Shown here: positions 1 through 10,060 of the stretch, piece after piece
How positions within the stretch are numbered: position 1 is the stretch's first letter
Layout: each line of letters opens with the position of its first letter
DNA from: an uncultured delta proteobacterium
GTDB taxonomy: Bacteria; Desulfobacterota; Syntrophorhabdia; Syntrophorhabdales; WCHB1-27
Assembly (NCBI GenBank): GCA_963810935.1
Contig: CAWEPK010000017.1
Coordinates: 96,001 to 160,000 of the forward strand
DNA: 64,000 bases
Reading direction: 5' to 3'
The notes under the pieces: generated by a model
What the model saw: the letters and a program-made list of their open reading frames with translations, nothing else
Database searches by the model: none
What the model was told of the DNA's origin: nothing
Position numbers and translations under genes: made by a program

Positions 1-704
<704 letters not shown>

Positions 705-706
<2 letters not shown>

Positions 707-724
707 TTAGGAACCATTCCTGAT
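705..724. promoter_or_regulatory. Candidate PerR/Fur-type operator overlapping the regulator start
   Basis: Palindrome AATTAGGAA-CCA-TTCCTGAT (AGGAA-N3-TTCCT), resembling deltaproteobacterial PerR boxes; position fits autoregulation of perR-katG. Confidence 0.55.
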
Positions 725-839
725 AACCTATAGCTTATATGTAAGACGCCGCTGCCCGTCCGTCAAGGTAAAGCGGCGCCTCTCTTCAAAGCAGATTGTT
801 TTTGACAGAAAAGCTCGTCTGTGCTAACAATATAGATAA

Positions 840-2273
840 GTGGCCCTCAGGATCTATAACTCTCTTACCCGCGAAAAGACTAACTTTGCCCCCGTTGAAG
901 AGGGAAAAGTCAAGCTTTACGTCTGCGGAGTCACTGTATACAGCGACTCGCATATCGGGCACGCACGCAGCGCCATCGTCTTCGACGTCGTCTCCCGCTA
1001 CCTGCGGGCCGCGGGCAATGAGGTCACTTACGTCAGGAATTTCACCGACATCGATGACAAGATCATCAACAGGGCCAACACCGAGAAGCGCGACTGGAAA
1101 GAAATAGCCGAGACCTACATCGCCTCCTTCCGGGACGATATGGCCGCCCTCGGCGTCGTCCCGTCCACATACGAGCCGAAGGCCACTGAGCACATCGGGG
1201 AGATGATCGCCCTGATCGAGGAGCTTGTCCGCAGGGGCTGCGCCTACCAGGCCGGGGGCAGCGTCTATTTCTCCGTCACGAAGGACAAAGCCTACGGCAC
1301 GCTGTCCGGCCGGACGCCGGACGAGCTGATCGCAGGGGCCCGCGTGGATATCGACGAGCGGAAAAAGGATCCCCTCGATTTCGCCCTCTGGAAAGAGTCG
1401 AAGCCCGGGGAGCCTTTCTGGGAGAGCCCTTGGGGTAAAGGCAGGCCGGGCTGGCACATCGAGTGCTCGACGATGAGCATCAAGTACCTCGGGAACCCCT
1501 TCGACATCCACGGCGGCGGCAAAGACCTCGTCTTCCCCCACCACGAGAACGAGCGCGCCCAGGCCGAGTGCGCCACCGGGCGGAAATTCGTCAATTACTG
1601 GGTCCACAACGGGTTCGTTACGATGGACCGTGAGAAAATGTCGAAATCGCTGGGCAACATTTTGCTTATCAAGGACTTCCTGAAGGTCTATCATGCAGAC
1701 GTCCTGCGCCTCTTCTTCCTTTCGGCCCATTACCGCAACCCGGTCGATTACACGGAGAAGGCGATAGAGAGCGCCGACAGCGCGCTCCAGCGGTTATATG
1801 CGACGCTGGAAAGGAGCACAAGCCTTAAGGCGCCGGACGCGGCCCGGGTCGACGCCCCAGAGATCGACGACCTGCAAAAAAAGTTCTACGAGGCAATGGA
1901 CGACGACTTCAACACGGCCCTTGCCCTTTCTTCCGTCTTCGACATGGCCACCATCCTGAACAAGCTGATGGACGAAGGTACTGAGGCGAACGTGCCGCTC
2001 ATCGCCAAAGGTAGGGACGCCCTGCTCGCCTGCGCGCACGCCCTCGGGCTTCTCACCAAAGAGACGGACGAGTACGCGGCCTGGGAGACGGCCCGCTTCC
2101 TTACTGCGGCCGGCCTCAACGAGGCGCAGATCGATCAGGCCATCGGCGCAAGGGCGGATGCGCGCGGCAGGCGCGATTACAAGGCCGCGGACGAAATAAG
2201 GAACAGCCTGCTCGAAAAAGGCGTCATCCTGCTCGATTCACCGCAAGGCACCAAGTGGCGGATCAAGAAATAA
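840..2273 (+). CDS. cysS: Cysteinyl-tRNA synthetase
   Basis: [32 protein letters not shown] and KMSKS motifs. Confidence 0.98.
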   Translation: MALRIYNSLTREKTNFAPVEEGKVKLYVCGVTVYSDSHIGHARSAIVFDVVSRYLRAAGNEVTYVRNFTDIDDKIINRANTEKRDWKEIAETYIASFRDDMAALGVVPSTYEPKATEHIGEMIALIEELVRRGCAYQAGGSVYFSVTKDKAYGTLSGRTPDELIAGARVDIDERKKDPLDFALWKESKPGEPFWESPWGKGRPGWHIECSTMSIKYLGNPFDIHGGGKDLVFPHHENERAQAECATGRKFVNYWVHNGFVTMDREKMSKSLGNILLIKDFLKVYHADVLRLFFLSAHYRNPVDYTEKAIESADSALQRLYATLERSTSLKAPDAARVDAPEIDDLQKKFYEAMDDDFNTALALSSVFDMATILNKLMDEGTEANVPLIAKGRDALLACAHALGLLTKETDEYAAWETARFLTAAGLNEAQIDQAIGARADARGRRDYKAADEIRNSLLEKGVILLDSPQGTKWRIKK

Positions 2274-2289
2274 CCGTCCTGCGTCCCGC

Positions 2290-3399
2290 ATGACCCTTTC
2301 TTCTCTCCTTCTGACTATCACCCGTTATATTAAGCCCATGCCGCAAGAGACTGTCCCCCTTATCGACGCCCTGGGGCGCGTGGCGGCCCGGCCTCTTGCG
2401 GCCCGCCGGGACCTGCCTCCCTTCGAAGTCTCGTCCCTCGACGGATACGCAGTCAAAGGGCCCGGCAGGCGGTTCACGCTCAAGGGTAGCCTTGAACCCC
2501 TCGGTCCCATCCATTCACGGCTCAGGCAGGGAGAGGCCCTTTTCGTCCCGACAGGCGGGCGATTCCCTCCGGATACGCGCTTCGTGGCGTGCGAATATGC
2601 CTCGGAAGACGCGCAGGCCGTCACCGTGGAACACGAAAAGGACGACCGTAAGATCGTAAAGAAGGGCGACTGGCTCAGGAAAGGGCGCATGATCGCGCAA
2701 CCGGGCGACGTCATAGGACCGACTGCGATGAGCCTGCTTGCCCAGGGCAGGCACGATATGGTAGGCGTTTACGGAAGGCCGCAGGTCTCCGTCGTCGCGA
2801 CCGGGGACGAGCTGAAAAAAGGCTATATCGCGGACTCCAATAAGTTCCTGCTGGCGGGCCTGGTCCGAAGGGACGGGGGAGAGACGGCCGGCCTTTATAC
2901 AGCAGGCGACGATGAAGAAGAGATAGCCACCGCAGTCGAAGATGCACCGGGCGCCCGCTTAATTATCCTGACAGGCGGGACGGCCTTCGGAAAGAAGGAC
3001 GTCACGATGGAGGCGGTGAGGCGGATCGGCTTCCGCTTCCTGTTGAAGTCCGCACCGATCCTGCCGGGCAAGACGATGGCCTTCGGCAGGAGAGGCAAGA
3101 AATTCTTTTTTATCCTGCCCGGAAGGCCGACGGCAGTCCGGACCCTCTACGATGTTTTCGTGAGACCCGCCCTCTTTGCCCTGGCGGGCCGTACGCAATT
3201 GCAGGCGGAGTGCCTGCTGCCCCTGCTCCGCCGGATCGAGAAACCCGCAGGCGCCGTGCTCGTCATACCCGTCTCCATAACCGGCCGGCCGGAAGGCATG
3301 GTCGAAATGTACGCAGAGGAGCCGGACGGCTACATTATCCTTGATGAAGGCGTAAAAAAGGCAGCCGCCGGGCAGACCGTAAGGGTGCTGCGCGTATAG
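2290..3399 (+). CDS. moeA: Molybdopterin molybdenumtransferase
   Basis: ALGRV, PPF.VSSLDGYAV, TGDEL, DSN, TGGTAFGKKD, PGK, LPG.P motifs. Confidence 0.88.
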   Translation: MTLSSLLLTITRYIKPMPQETVPLIDALGRVAARPLAARRDLPPFEVSSLDGYAVKGPGRRFTLKGSLEPLGPIHSRLRQGEALFVPTGGRFPPDTRFVACEYASEDAQAVTVEHEKDDRKIVKKGDWLRKGRMIAQPGDVIGPTAMSLLAQGRHDMVGVYGRPQVSVVATGDELKKGYIADSNKFLLAGLVRRDGGETAGLYTAGDDEEEIATAVEDAPGARLIILTGGTAFGKKDVTMEAVRRIGFRFLLKSAPILPGKTMAFGRRGKKFFFILPGRPTAVRTLYDVFVRPALFALAGRTQLQAECLLPLLRRIEKPAGAVLVIPVSITGRPEGMVEMYAEEPDGYIILDEGVKKAAAGQTVRVLRV

Positions 3400-3466
3400 A
3401 GACCCTGCCCAAAGCTTGAAAAAACCACCCCCCGGCACTAGCTTCTAAAACATAACGACTATCAAT

Positions 3467-4333
3467 ATGGACACGACAGCGCACAAAAAAGGCGGAGTTG
3501 TCCCTAGAGTTGCGATAAACGGCATGGGCAGGATAGGCAGGGCCGTTTTCAGGATCCTCTCTGCAGGGGCGGGCCTGGAGCTTGTCGGCGTAAACGACCT
3601 CATCCCGCCGCAGCAACTTGTCAGGCGGCTCGAGGCGGACCCCGTCCGCGGCGAATACGAGGCTGAGGTGGTCAGCGACGGGAACGATATCGTTACCGGC
3701 AGCTCGAGGATAAGGCTCTTATGCGAGCCGGACCCCTCCCGGCTCCCTTGGAAAGACCTCCGGGTAGACCTTGTCTTCGAATGCACGGGCCGCTTCACGG
3801 ACACGGAAGGCCTGTCGAAGCACATTCGCGCAGGCGCGGGCAGGGTAATCCTTTCTGCGCAGGCGGACGACGATGGAATACAAACCGTGATCTACGGCGT
3901 AAACAGCGCCTGGACGGGCGCCCTTCTCGTCTCGTGCGCGAGCGCAGCCGCAAACTGCGTCGCCCCCGTCATGGAAGTGATGGAACGAAGAATAGGGGTG
4001 AAGCAGATGGCCCTGACGAGCCAGGGGTCCGTGGCCGGGGCGTGTCTTTCCTCGACGAAGGGCATGATATTTTTGACGGAGAGGGAGACGAGCACTGACG
4101 AGATCAACGCTATCTTCAGGGAGGAGTCCGCAACCGACAGGTATAAAGGTATCCTGGGGACGGCCGAAGCAGGGGCGACGGGGACAGGCGTAGAAAGGGA
4201 CGCCAGGGCCTCCGTAGTCGATCTGGCGATGACGCGCGTCATCGACGGGGACCTGGCGAAGATATTAAGCCGGCACGACAACGAATGGGGCTATTCAAGC
4301 CAGCTCGTAAGGTTGGCCGCCTGTATAGCGTGA
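3467..4333 (+). CDS. GAPDH-like protein, degenerate (catalytic Cys absent, shortened catalytic domain)
   Basis: VAINGMGRIGR, LPWKDL.VDLVFECTG and DNEWGYS present; ASCTTNC replaced by ASAAANC; only 288 aa. Confidence 0.75.
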   Translation: MDTTAHKKGGVVPRVAINGMGRIGRAVFRILSAGAGLELVGVNDLIPPQQLVRRLEADPVRGEYEAEVVSDGNDIVTGSSRIRLLCEPDPSRLPWKDLRVDLVFECTGRFTDTEGLSKHIRAGAGRVILSAQADDDGIQTVIYGVNSAWTGALLVSCASAAANCVAPVMEVMERRIGVKQMALTSQGSVAGACLSSTKGMIFLTERETSTDEINAIFREESATDRYKGILGTAEAGATGTGVERDARASVVDLAMTRVIDGDLAKILSRHDNEWGYSSQLVRLAACIA

Positions 4334-4380
4334 TGATAGGAATGGAAGGCTCGGAAAGGCATACAGCAAGGAGGGTTAAC

Positions 4381-4806
4381 ATGGCAAATACAAAGGGTCT
4401 GAGCGCGTTCGACACTACCGTCCAGGAGTCGAACATCTGGATCAAGGACATCATGGAGGAGGAGGAGTGGAAAGACAGGCACAAGGCGTATACGGCGCTG
4501 CGCACGGTCCTGCACCTGCTCCGCGACCGGCTGACCGTTGACGAGGCGGCCCACCTGGGCGCCGAGCTGCCGATGCTCATTCGGGGCATCTATTACGAGG
4601 GCTGGAGCCCGAGCAAGGTCCCCCACAAACGGACCAGGGAGGCTTTTCTCTCGGCCGTTGCCGACAACCTCATAAACGACCCGGACGTCAACCCCGAGGA
4701 AGTCATCCGTTCGGTCTTCTCGGTGATAGAACGCCACGTCGCGCCCGGACAGGTCAAGAACATCAAGGCGTCCCTGCCTAAAGAGCTTGCTTCCCTCTGG
4801 CCTTAG
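4381..4806 (+). CDS. DUF2267 family protein
   Basis: ATG at 4381 with AGGAGG RBS; AY.ALR.VLH.LRDRL..EAAHLGAELP.LIRG.YYEGW signature. Confidence 0.9.
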   Translation: MANTKGLSAFDTTVQESNIWIKDIMEEEEWKDRHKAYTALRTVLHLLRDRLTVDEAAHLGAELPMLIRGIYYEGWSPSKVPHKRTREAFLSAVADNLINDPDVNPEEVIRSVFSVIERHVAPGQVKNIKASLPKELASLWP

Positions 4807-4924
4807 AAAAACGCCGCCGGCCGGCATGCCTGCGTGAGGGTGAGGAAGGCAGCACGCCCGCGCAAAACGCGCGGCCCGAAAGAAACGGTATTCACTTTGC
4901 CCGTGTCTTATCTTATAAGCAGAA

Positions 4925-5176
4925 ATGCCCGAGGAGGCCTATGTGAATGAGCCGGAGAAACTTTCAGACACAGAGCTTCTCTACATGCTGCGCATGGACT
5001 ACTTCGAAGCGATCCGGTCAGAGGATTACTATCGCATCCAGGCCACGATAGTTCCGACGTTCCGGAAGCGTTTCGCCAAATATTACAATGAGTACGAAAA
5101 AGAGCTGGAAGAACACCTCCGTACCCCGCCTGCCCGTCCGCGTTGCGCTGAACCCGACGGAGCGGCAGAGGGCTGA
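4925..5176 (+). CDS. Hypothetical protein
   Basis: 83-aa ORF filling the intergenic gap; GAGGAGG precedes an alternative GTG at 4943; no recognisable family. Confidence 0.5.
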   Translation: MPEEAYVNEPEKLSDTELLYMLRMDYFEAIRSEDYYRIQATIVPTFRKRFAKYYNEYEKELEEHLRTPPARPRCAEPDGAAEG

Positions 5177-5253
5177 GATCGGATGGATAGAGCGCGTGCT
5201 GAAGGGCCAGATCGACCTTGAGCCCGGATAAGCCCTTATCTTCCGGCTGTGCG

Positions 5254-6003
5254 CTATTGTCTTTTGATTATCTTCACGAGCCTTCCCGCAAGCAGGACGA
5301 AGGCCTGTATCAGATACGTCCGAAACACGTAGAGCCCCACCGTCGCTGCGACGCTTGCGGCGAGGATCCAGAAGAACGCCTTGTACTTGCCCGTTCTGAC
5401 CGCATCGCCCTCCAACGCCAGGACAAGCGTGCCCGGCAGCCTGCCCAGGATGTTCATCAGAATAAAGTCTATCCTTCGCAGGTGCGTGAGGCCGAGCAGG
5501 TAGCACAGCGTATCCTTCGGGAAGCCCGGCACGATGAACAGCACGAACGCGATCCGTACGCCCCGGTGCGTCACGAAATTATCGAACCGCTCCATCGCCT
5601 TCCGCTTGACCACCTTTCGCACGAGGCGCGTCCCGAAGAGCCTCGTGATCTCGAAAGCGCCCACAGAACCCAGCGTAAGGCCGACGGTTGAAAGGAGCGT
5701 GCCGATGAACGACCCGTAGAGGTACCCGCCGATGAACCCGGTTATCTCGCCCGGAATGGGCGCGAACAAGACCTGAAAGGCCTGGACGAGAACGAAGACG
5801 ATTGCCGAGTAGGCCCCGAAAGAGAGTATGAAATCCCTGAGGTTCTTAAAGCTGAAGAAATACTTGAACCGGAAGAACAGGTCCCGCCACGCGCCCTCAT
5901 AATAGAAATAGAGGATGAGCGCGAGGGCGGCCACGGCCAAAAGACCGCAGGCGGCCTTTAGCACCGGCATCGCGTAAGAAGATACGGGCCTGCGCAAAGC
6001 CAT
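5254..6003 (-). CDS. TVP38/TMEM64 (VTT/DedA-like) membrane protein
   Basis: QVLFAPIPGE..GF.GGYLYG, LF.VPGFPKD.LCY..GLT, GRLPG motifs. Confidence 0.9.
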   Translation of the reverse strand: MALRRPVSSYAMPVLKAACGLLAVAALALILYFYYEGAWRDLFFRFKYFFSFKNLRDFILSFGAYSAIVFVLVQAFQVLFAPIPGEITGFIGGYLYGSFIGTLLSTVGLTLGSVGAFEITRLFGTRLVRKVVKRKAMERFDNFVTHRGVRIAFVLFIVPGFPKDTLCYLLGLTHLRRIDFILMNILGRLPGTLVLALEGDAVRTGKYKAFFWILAASVAATVGLYVFRTYLIQAFVLLAGRLVKIIKRQ

Positions 6004-6027
6004 CTATAAACAATATAGTTTCAGTGA

Positions 6028-6732
6028 CTACCGGCGGTCGTCTTTTCTTTTCCTGGCCTTGAGGATGACAACGCTCGATGCGTAAAGAAGGGCCGAGAGG
6101 ATAAGGAGGGCAAGCACGTCGGGACGCAGCAGGAAGGAGAGGCCTGCGGCGCCGTGCGGCCATTTGTGGATTACTACGATGAGTGGGGCCATAGCGTAGA
6201 ACCTCATGATCCTCGCCACTTCCTTGCCGCTTATGCGCCGCCACGAAAAACCGGCGAAGAGGTGCGCGCCGCGGACGGAATGGCGGTCCGGGAAGACGGG
6301 AGGGGTACCGAGCATATAGGCGACGGACCCCTCGCTGTGCATCTCGGTGAGGGTGCCCTCTTCCTTCCTGAAGGTCGGGCCGTAGCTCCAGAAGAAAAGA
6401 AAAGGATAAAGGAGCAGCAGGTAGCGGTTGCCGCTGAGCACGCAAAAACTCGAATCGATAAGGTAGTTGGCCAGGTAGTACGGGTGCCGTACTATCCCGT
6501 AAACACCCTCCCTGCAAAGGACCCGGTTCCTTATCAGCACGCCTTTGGTAATGAAGTGCATGGAGCTGCCCAGCACGAGAAGCAACAGGGCGACGCCTGT
6601 CTCGACCACCGTCAGCGGATAGAAAAACGCAGAAGCGGCGCAGAGCAGCAAGACCGCGTCCCGCAGCCCGCTCCTTGTCAGAAAACCCTCGTCTTTTTTC
6701 TTAATCGCCATCCTCTCCACAGCCTTTTGCAC
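6028..6732 (-). CDS. Isoprenylcysteine carboxyl/phospholipid methyltransferase-family membrane protein
   Basis: G.Y..VRHPYY and downstream EE..L motif; hydrophobic. Confidence 0.75.
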   Translation of the reverse strand: MQKAVERMAIKKKDEGFLTRSGLRDAVLLLCAASAFFYPLTVVETGVALLLLVLGSSMHFITKGVLIRNRVLCREGVYGIVRHPYYLANYLIDSSFCVLSGNRYLLLLYPFLFFWSYGPTFRKEEGTLTEMHSEGSVAYMLGTPPVFPDRHSVRGAHLFAGFSWRRISGKEVARIMRFYAMAPLIVVIHKWPHGAAGLSFLLRPDVLALLILSALLYASSVVILKARKRKDDRR

Positions 6733-6840
6733 TTTTTGTAGTCAGCAGACCCATAACAATATCGGCTTGGCCCGGAGGAATCAAGTAAAAAGCACCGACG
6801 CACAATCCCCAATCACCCCCAGTTGCCGCTTGCTCCTTTC

Positions 6841-6868
6841 TCCGTCACCCTGGCGGAGGCCAGGGTCC
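6841..6868. repeat. Left arm of a paired palindromic (REP/CIR-like) element interrupted by the first IS
   Basis: TCCGTCACCCTGGCGGAGGCCAGGGTCC; hairpin ACCCTGGC-GGAG-GCCAGGGT; outer TCCGTCA is complementary to TGACGGA at 8427-8433. Confidence 0.75.
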
Positions 6869-6885
6869 CATATAGCTGACAGTTG

Positions 6886-7160
6886 TCAAGCAGATTGTGC
6901 CTGCCCCTTTTTCTTTTTGTCTTTACATCCTATCAATCATCAATGTTATAAGAGGGCTCCGGGGGACGGGACTCATCTTGCGACGTTTGATCATTCTCAT
7001 ATTCGCGGATTTAACCGCATGACTTGGCTTCGTCACGGGAGCTGCCCTCGGTCTAGGTTCTTGAGTTCGGCTTTCGCCTTATCTATATGGACTCTCCGTG
7101 GGTTCTCCCAACGCGGTCGCGTCCCTCCGTATGCCCTGGATTCGCCTCCTTAAAGTAATG
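6886..7160 (-). ncRNA. Putative bridge/seekRNA of the first IS
   Basis: ~275-nt non-coding region 3' of the transposase with stems (GGGAG..CTCCC, GGCGAAAGCC, GCGG-TTAAAT-CCGC) and short matches to the element junctions. Confidence 0.6.
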
Positions 7161-8270
7161 TCATTGTTCCGCCGCCACTTCCCTCGCTATGGCCCATATG
7201 AACCCCGTAAGCTCCCGTGCTATGGCTACGGTGATCTTCGTCTTCAGCTTTCCTCTCGCCATGAGCCTGCGGAACCTGCCGCAGAGCCTTACTTGAGCCT
7301 TCCAGGCAATATCGAGGACAGACTTTGGCAGGCCTTCATGACGCTTAAGCAGATGTCTGCTCACACGGGCAGGGAAGCCATAGGCATGGGAAGCTTCAAT
7401 GAGCACCCGGCGAACATGGCCGTTGCCCGTTTTGGTGATGCTTCCCCGGTGGACGCTCTCCCCCGTGGAGTGCTCCGAGGGGACGAGCCCAAGATAGCCC
7501 ATCAGTTGCCGGGGGTTCTCGAAACGGCTCATGTCGCCGATCTCTGCGATGGTAGTTGCCGCAACGATCGGGGCCACGCCTCTTAAGGCTTGCAGGGCCT
7601 TGACGACGGGGTTCAGGCGCCAGTCGGGAAGGAGCTTTATTATCTGGTCGGTCAAACGAGCCACTCGCTCCGCACATGCAGTGACAGTATTGATATACTC
7701 CTGCAATACAATCTGCTGGGACGGATGAGGAAGGGCTATATCAGAGAGCCATCGTATATGCATAGGCGTCCATGACGCCTTGCCGGGATACCGTTTCCCA
7801 TAACGGAGGAGAAAGGCGTTCAACTGATATCGCGCGGTCTTCGACGCCTTGGAGGCATCTTCTCTCGCCCTGGTCAGATCGCTCATGGCCTCGTCCTCCT
7901 CACGGGGGACATAGACGGCCGTGAGTTCACCCGCGCGCTCCAGGCGCGCAAGGGTCTCTGCATCCCTTCGGTCGTTCTTGATCCTGTCTCCGCTCTTATG
8001 TGGAGTTTTGGAAGGAGCGACGACCTTGCAGGAAAACCCCTTCCTGGTCAGGTGGCGGTATATCTCATACCCGCAGGGTCCGGCCTCATAGACAAAGCGC
8101 AAGGTTATCCCCCCACTGATGAGCTTCCTTACCGCCCTGTCCAGGGCGTCCATCGTACCGCCTATCTTGCCGTAGTGCCTGACTTCCATCGCTCCATCCA
8201 CATCTGCCGTTGCAATCTGAATGGAGTTCTTGTGCACATCGAGTCCTACAATTGTGATAGAATCTTTCAC
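7161..8270 (-). CDS. IS110-family DEDD transposase/recombinase
   Basis: GLDVHK, YEAGPCG, KNDRRDA and GLVPSEHSTG motifs; likely start GTG at 8270 after AAGGAGG (ORF track extends to 8360). Confidence 0.95.
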   Translation of the reverse strand: MKDSITIVGLDVHKNSIQIATADVDGAMEVRHYGKIGGTMDALDRAVRKLISGGITLRFVYEAGPCGYEIYRHLTRKGFSCKVVAPSKTPHKSGDRIKNDRRDAETLARLERAGELTAVYVPREEDEAMSDLTRAREDASKASKTARYQLNAFLLRYGKRYPGKASWTPMHIRWLSDIALPHPSQQIVLQEYINTVTACAERVARLTDQIIKLLPDWRLNPVVKALQALRGVAPIVAATTIAEIGDMSRFENPRQLMGYLGLVPSEHSTGESVHRGSITKTGNGHVRRVLIEASHAYGFPARVSRHLLKRHEGLPKSVLDIAWKAQVRLCGRFRRLMARGKLKTKITVAIARELTGFIWAIAREVAAEQ

Positions 8271-8378
8271 GGCCTGCCTCCTTATTAGTGGCTCTGTACT
8301 TGGTTTAGCTGCCAGAGTATAACCCACGGTCATAAGGGGCAGGTCCTTTCGTTCCTTCAACTGTCAGCTATTATGTCT

Positions 8379-8433
8379 AGGTCGCTCCAAGCCGAGGAAA
8401 TACCTGGATACCGGCTTTCGCCGGTATGACGGA
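8379..8433. repeat. Right part of the palindromic element interrupted by the first IS
   Basis: AGGT...ACCTGGATACCGGCTTTCGCCGGTATGACGGA; hairpin ATACCGGC-TTTC-GCCGGTAT. Confidence 0.75.
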
Positions 8434-8671
8434 GGCAAGGCGAATCGCCGACTACCGAATACCCGCAGTTGCAGCAATTGGCCCCCGGCCCAATTGCTGC
8501 CGTGGTCGGAGGAGCGCCTCAAGGAATTGCGATAGGCGGATGAAATGGGTGCCTTGCCGCCCGGAGTCTCTATGCTATAAAAGCCCTCTTCCACAGGGGC
8601 GGATAAAAAGGCTACCCTCTTTCTCTTAAGCGATGGATGCACATCGCAAACCAAGGAAAGGGAGGTAGCCA

Positions 8672-9748
8672 ATGGAGATTCATAGGGTACAGGATTTTGT
8701 GGTTGAAGGTAAAGAGGTTTTTATCGGTTTGGAAGACTCAAAGAAGACCTGGAAGATAGCAGTTCGGTGTGACAGGATGGTGATCCACCAGGTATCCATG
8801 GAGGCAAAGTATGTCTTGCTGAAGCAATACCTGAGAAACAGGTTCCCCGGTTGCACGGTCCATTTGATGTACGAAGCAGGCTTCAAGGGGTTCAACCTTC
8901 ACGATCTTCTTGCCGAAGACGGCATCGACTGCGTGGTGATCCCTCCCCATATGGTGACGGAGCCGAAGGCAAACAAGGTTAAGACCGATAAAAGGGATGC
9001 AAACCGTCTCGCCCGCATCCTGGAGAGCCACGATTACAGGGACCCCTGCTGTGTACCCGACAAAGAGAGGAGGGAGGACCGGCAGGTAAGCCGTACCATA
9101 ATCGCCATACAGAAGGATATCATCGGTAACCGCAACCGCATCCGCAAGCTCCTCGACTTTCACGGGATCGAGGTCCCCTTTGCCGGTAAGAGCGAATGGG
9201 GGCGAAAGGAGTTCGAGGGTCTTCGGACATTACCCCTGAGCGATCCCTTAAGGGCAGCTCTGGGCTCGCTTTTGACCATACTGGAGGAACTGTGGGGCCA
9301 GCGTGCGGTCTTGAGGGACTATCTCCGGGGTCTGTGCAAGAAGGAGCGTTATAGAAAGCCCTACGAGGTCGCAAAGAGCATCCCCGGCATAGGGTGGTTC
9401 ACAGCCATCCGCCTGATATTAGAGCTGGGGGAGGATCTCTCCCGTTTCGGAAGCGGGAAGAAGATCGCAGGCTTCGTGGGGTTGGGCTGCAGCGAGCATT
9501 CGACGGGCCAGACCGAACGGAAAGGTCGTATCACGGGCATGGGGTCGGGGTTCATACGGCATATCCTGGTCGAGAATGCCTGGATAGCGATCAGAAAGGA
9601 CCCGGCCCTGCTGTCCAAGTTCTCACGGGTATGGCGGTCGAGCGGCAGCAAGAAGAAAGCCATAGTGGCAGTTGCCCGTACTCTTATTGTGCGCCTTCGG
9701 GCCTGCATGCTTTCGGGCAGGCCTTATACGGTCGGAGTTATTAGATAG
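8672..9748 (+). CDS. IS110-family transposase/recombinase (GLEDSK variant)
   Basis: IGLEDSK, YEAGF.G, KTDKRDA, PGIG, GL..SEHSTG, KKKAIVAVAR; GGAGGT RBS. Confidence 0.95.
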   Translation: MEIHRVQDFVVEGKEVFIGLEDSKKTWKIAVRCDRMVIHQVSMEAKYVLLKQYLRNRFPGCTVHLMYEAGFKGFNLHDLLAEDGIDCVVIPPHMVTEPKANKVKTDKRDANRLARILESHDYRDPCCVPDKERREDRQVSRTIIAIQKDIIGNRNRIRKLLDFHGIEVPFAGKSEWGRKEFEGLRTLPLSDPLRAALGSLLTILEELWGQRAVLRDYLRGLCKKERYRKPYEVAKSIPGIGWFTAIRLILELGEDLSRFGSGKKIAGFVGLGCSEHSTGQTERKGRITGMGSGFIRHILVENAWIAIRKDPALLSKFSRVWRSSGSKKKAIVAVARTLIVRLRACMLSGRPYTVGVIR

Positions 9749-10060
9749 GATGAGCCTGACGGAAGAGGACCTTAACAGAACAAGGGCGTACAACGCCACG
9801 TACGCTGTATTAAAGAACGGCCCGGAGTATGTTGACGCCCGTTCCTCTTTTTTCGAAAAGCAGACACATGTGGGTTGGACCACGAATAGCAGCTTGCAAA
9901 GAACCTCCTCTTCAAGAAAGGCTCGCGCTTCGGCCGCGGACCTGTGTAAGGTCGTCGGCCTCGCGCTCGCTATCGGATATGTACTCACTAATAACAGAGG
10001 GAAAGTCATGGACTGACCCATAAAGAAAAGGGGGTAGCAAAAGCCCGCTGGAAGAATCCG
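9749..10060 (+). ncRNA. Putative bridge/seekRNA of the second IS with a visible target-binding loop
   Basis: Stem GGGCGT(A)CAAC / GTTGACGCCC (9784-9840) encloses ACGTACGCTG (reverse complement of right flank 10077-10086) and GCCCGGAG (identical to left flank 8559-8566). Confidence 0.8.

Larger units (their letters stand above)
6869..8378 (-). mobile_element. IS110-family insertion sequence, IS1111-type (sub-terminal IRs, long 3' non-coding region)
   Basis: Perfect 13-bp inverted repeats TAGCTGACAGTTG (6873-6885) / CAACTGTCAGCTA (8358-8370); transposase inside; removing the element restores a palindromic repeat. Ends uncertain by 1-2 nt. Confidence 0.9.

Noticed and set aside
9672..10023. ORFs in the 3' end of the second IS
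   Set aside because: They overlap the guide-bearing non-coding region and show no protein features.
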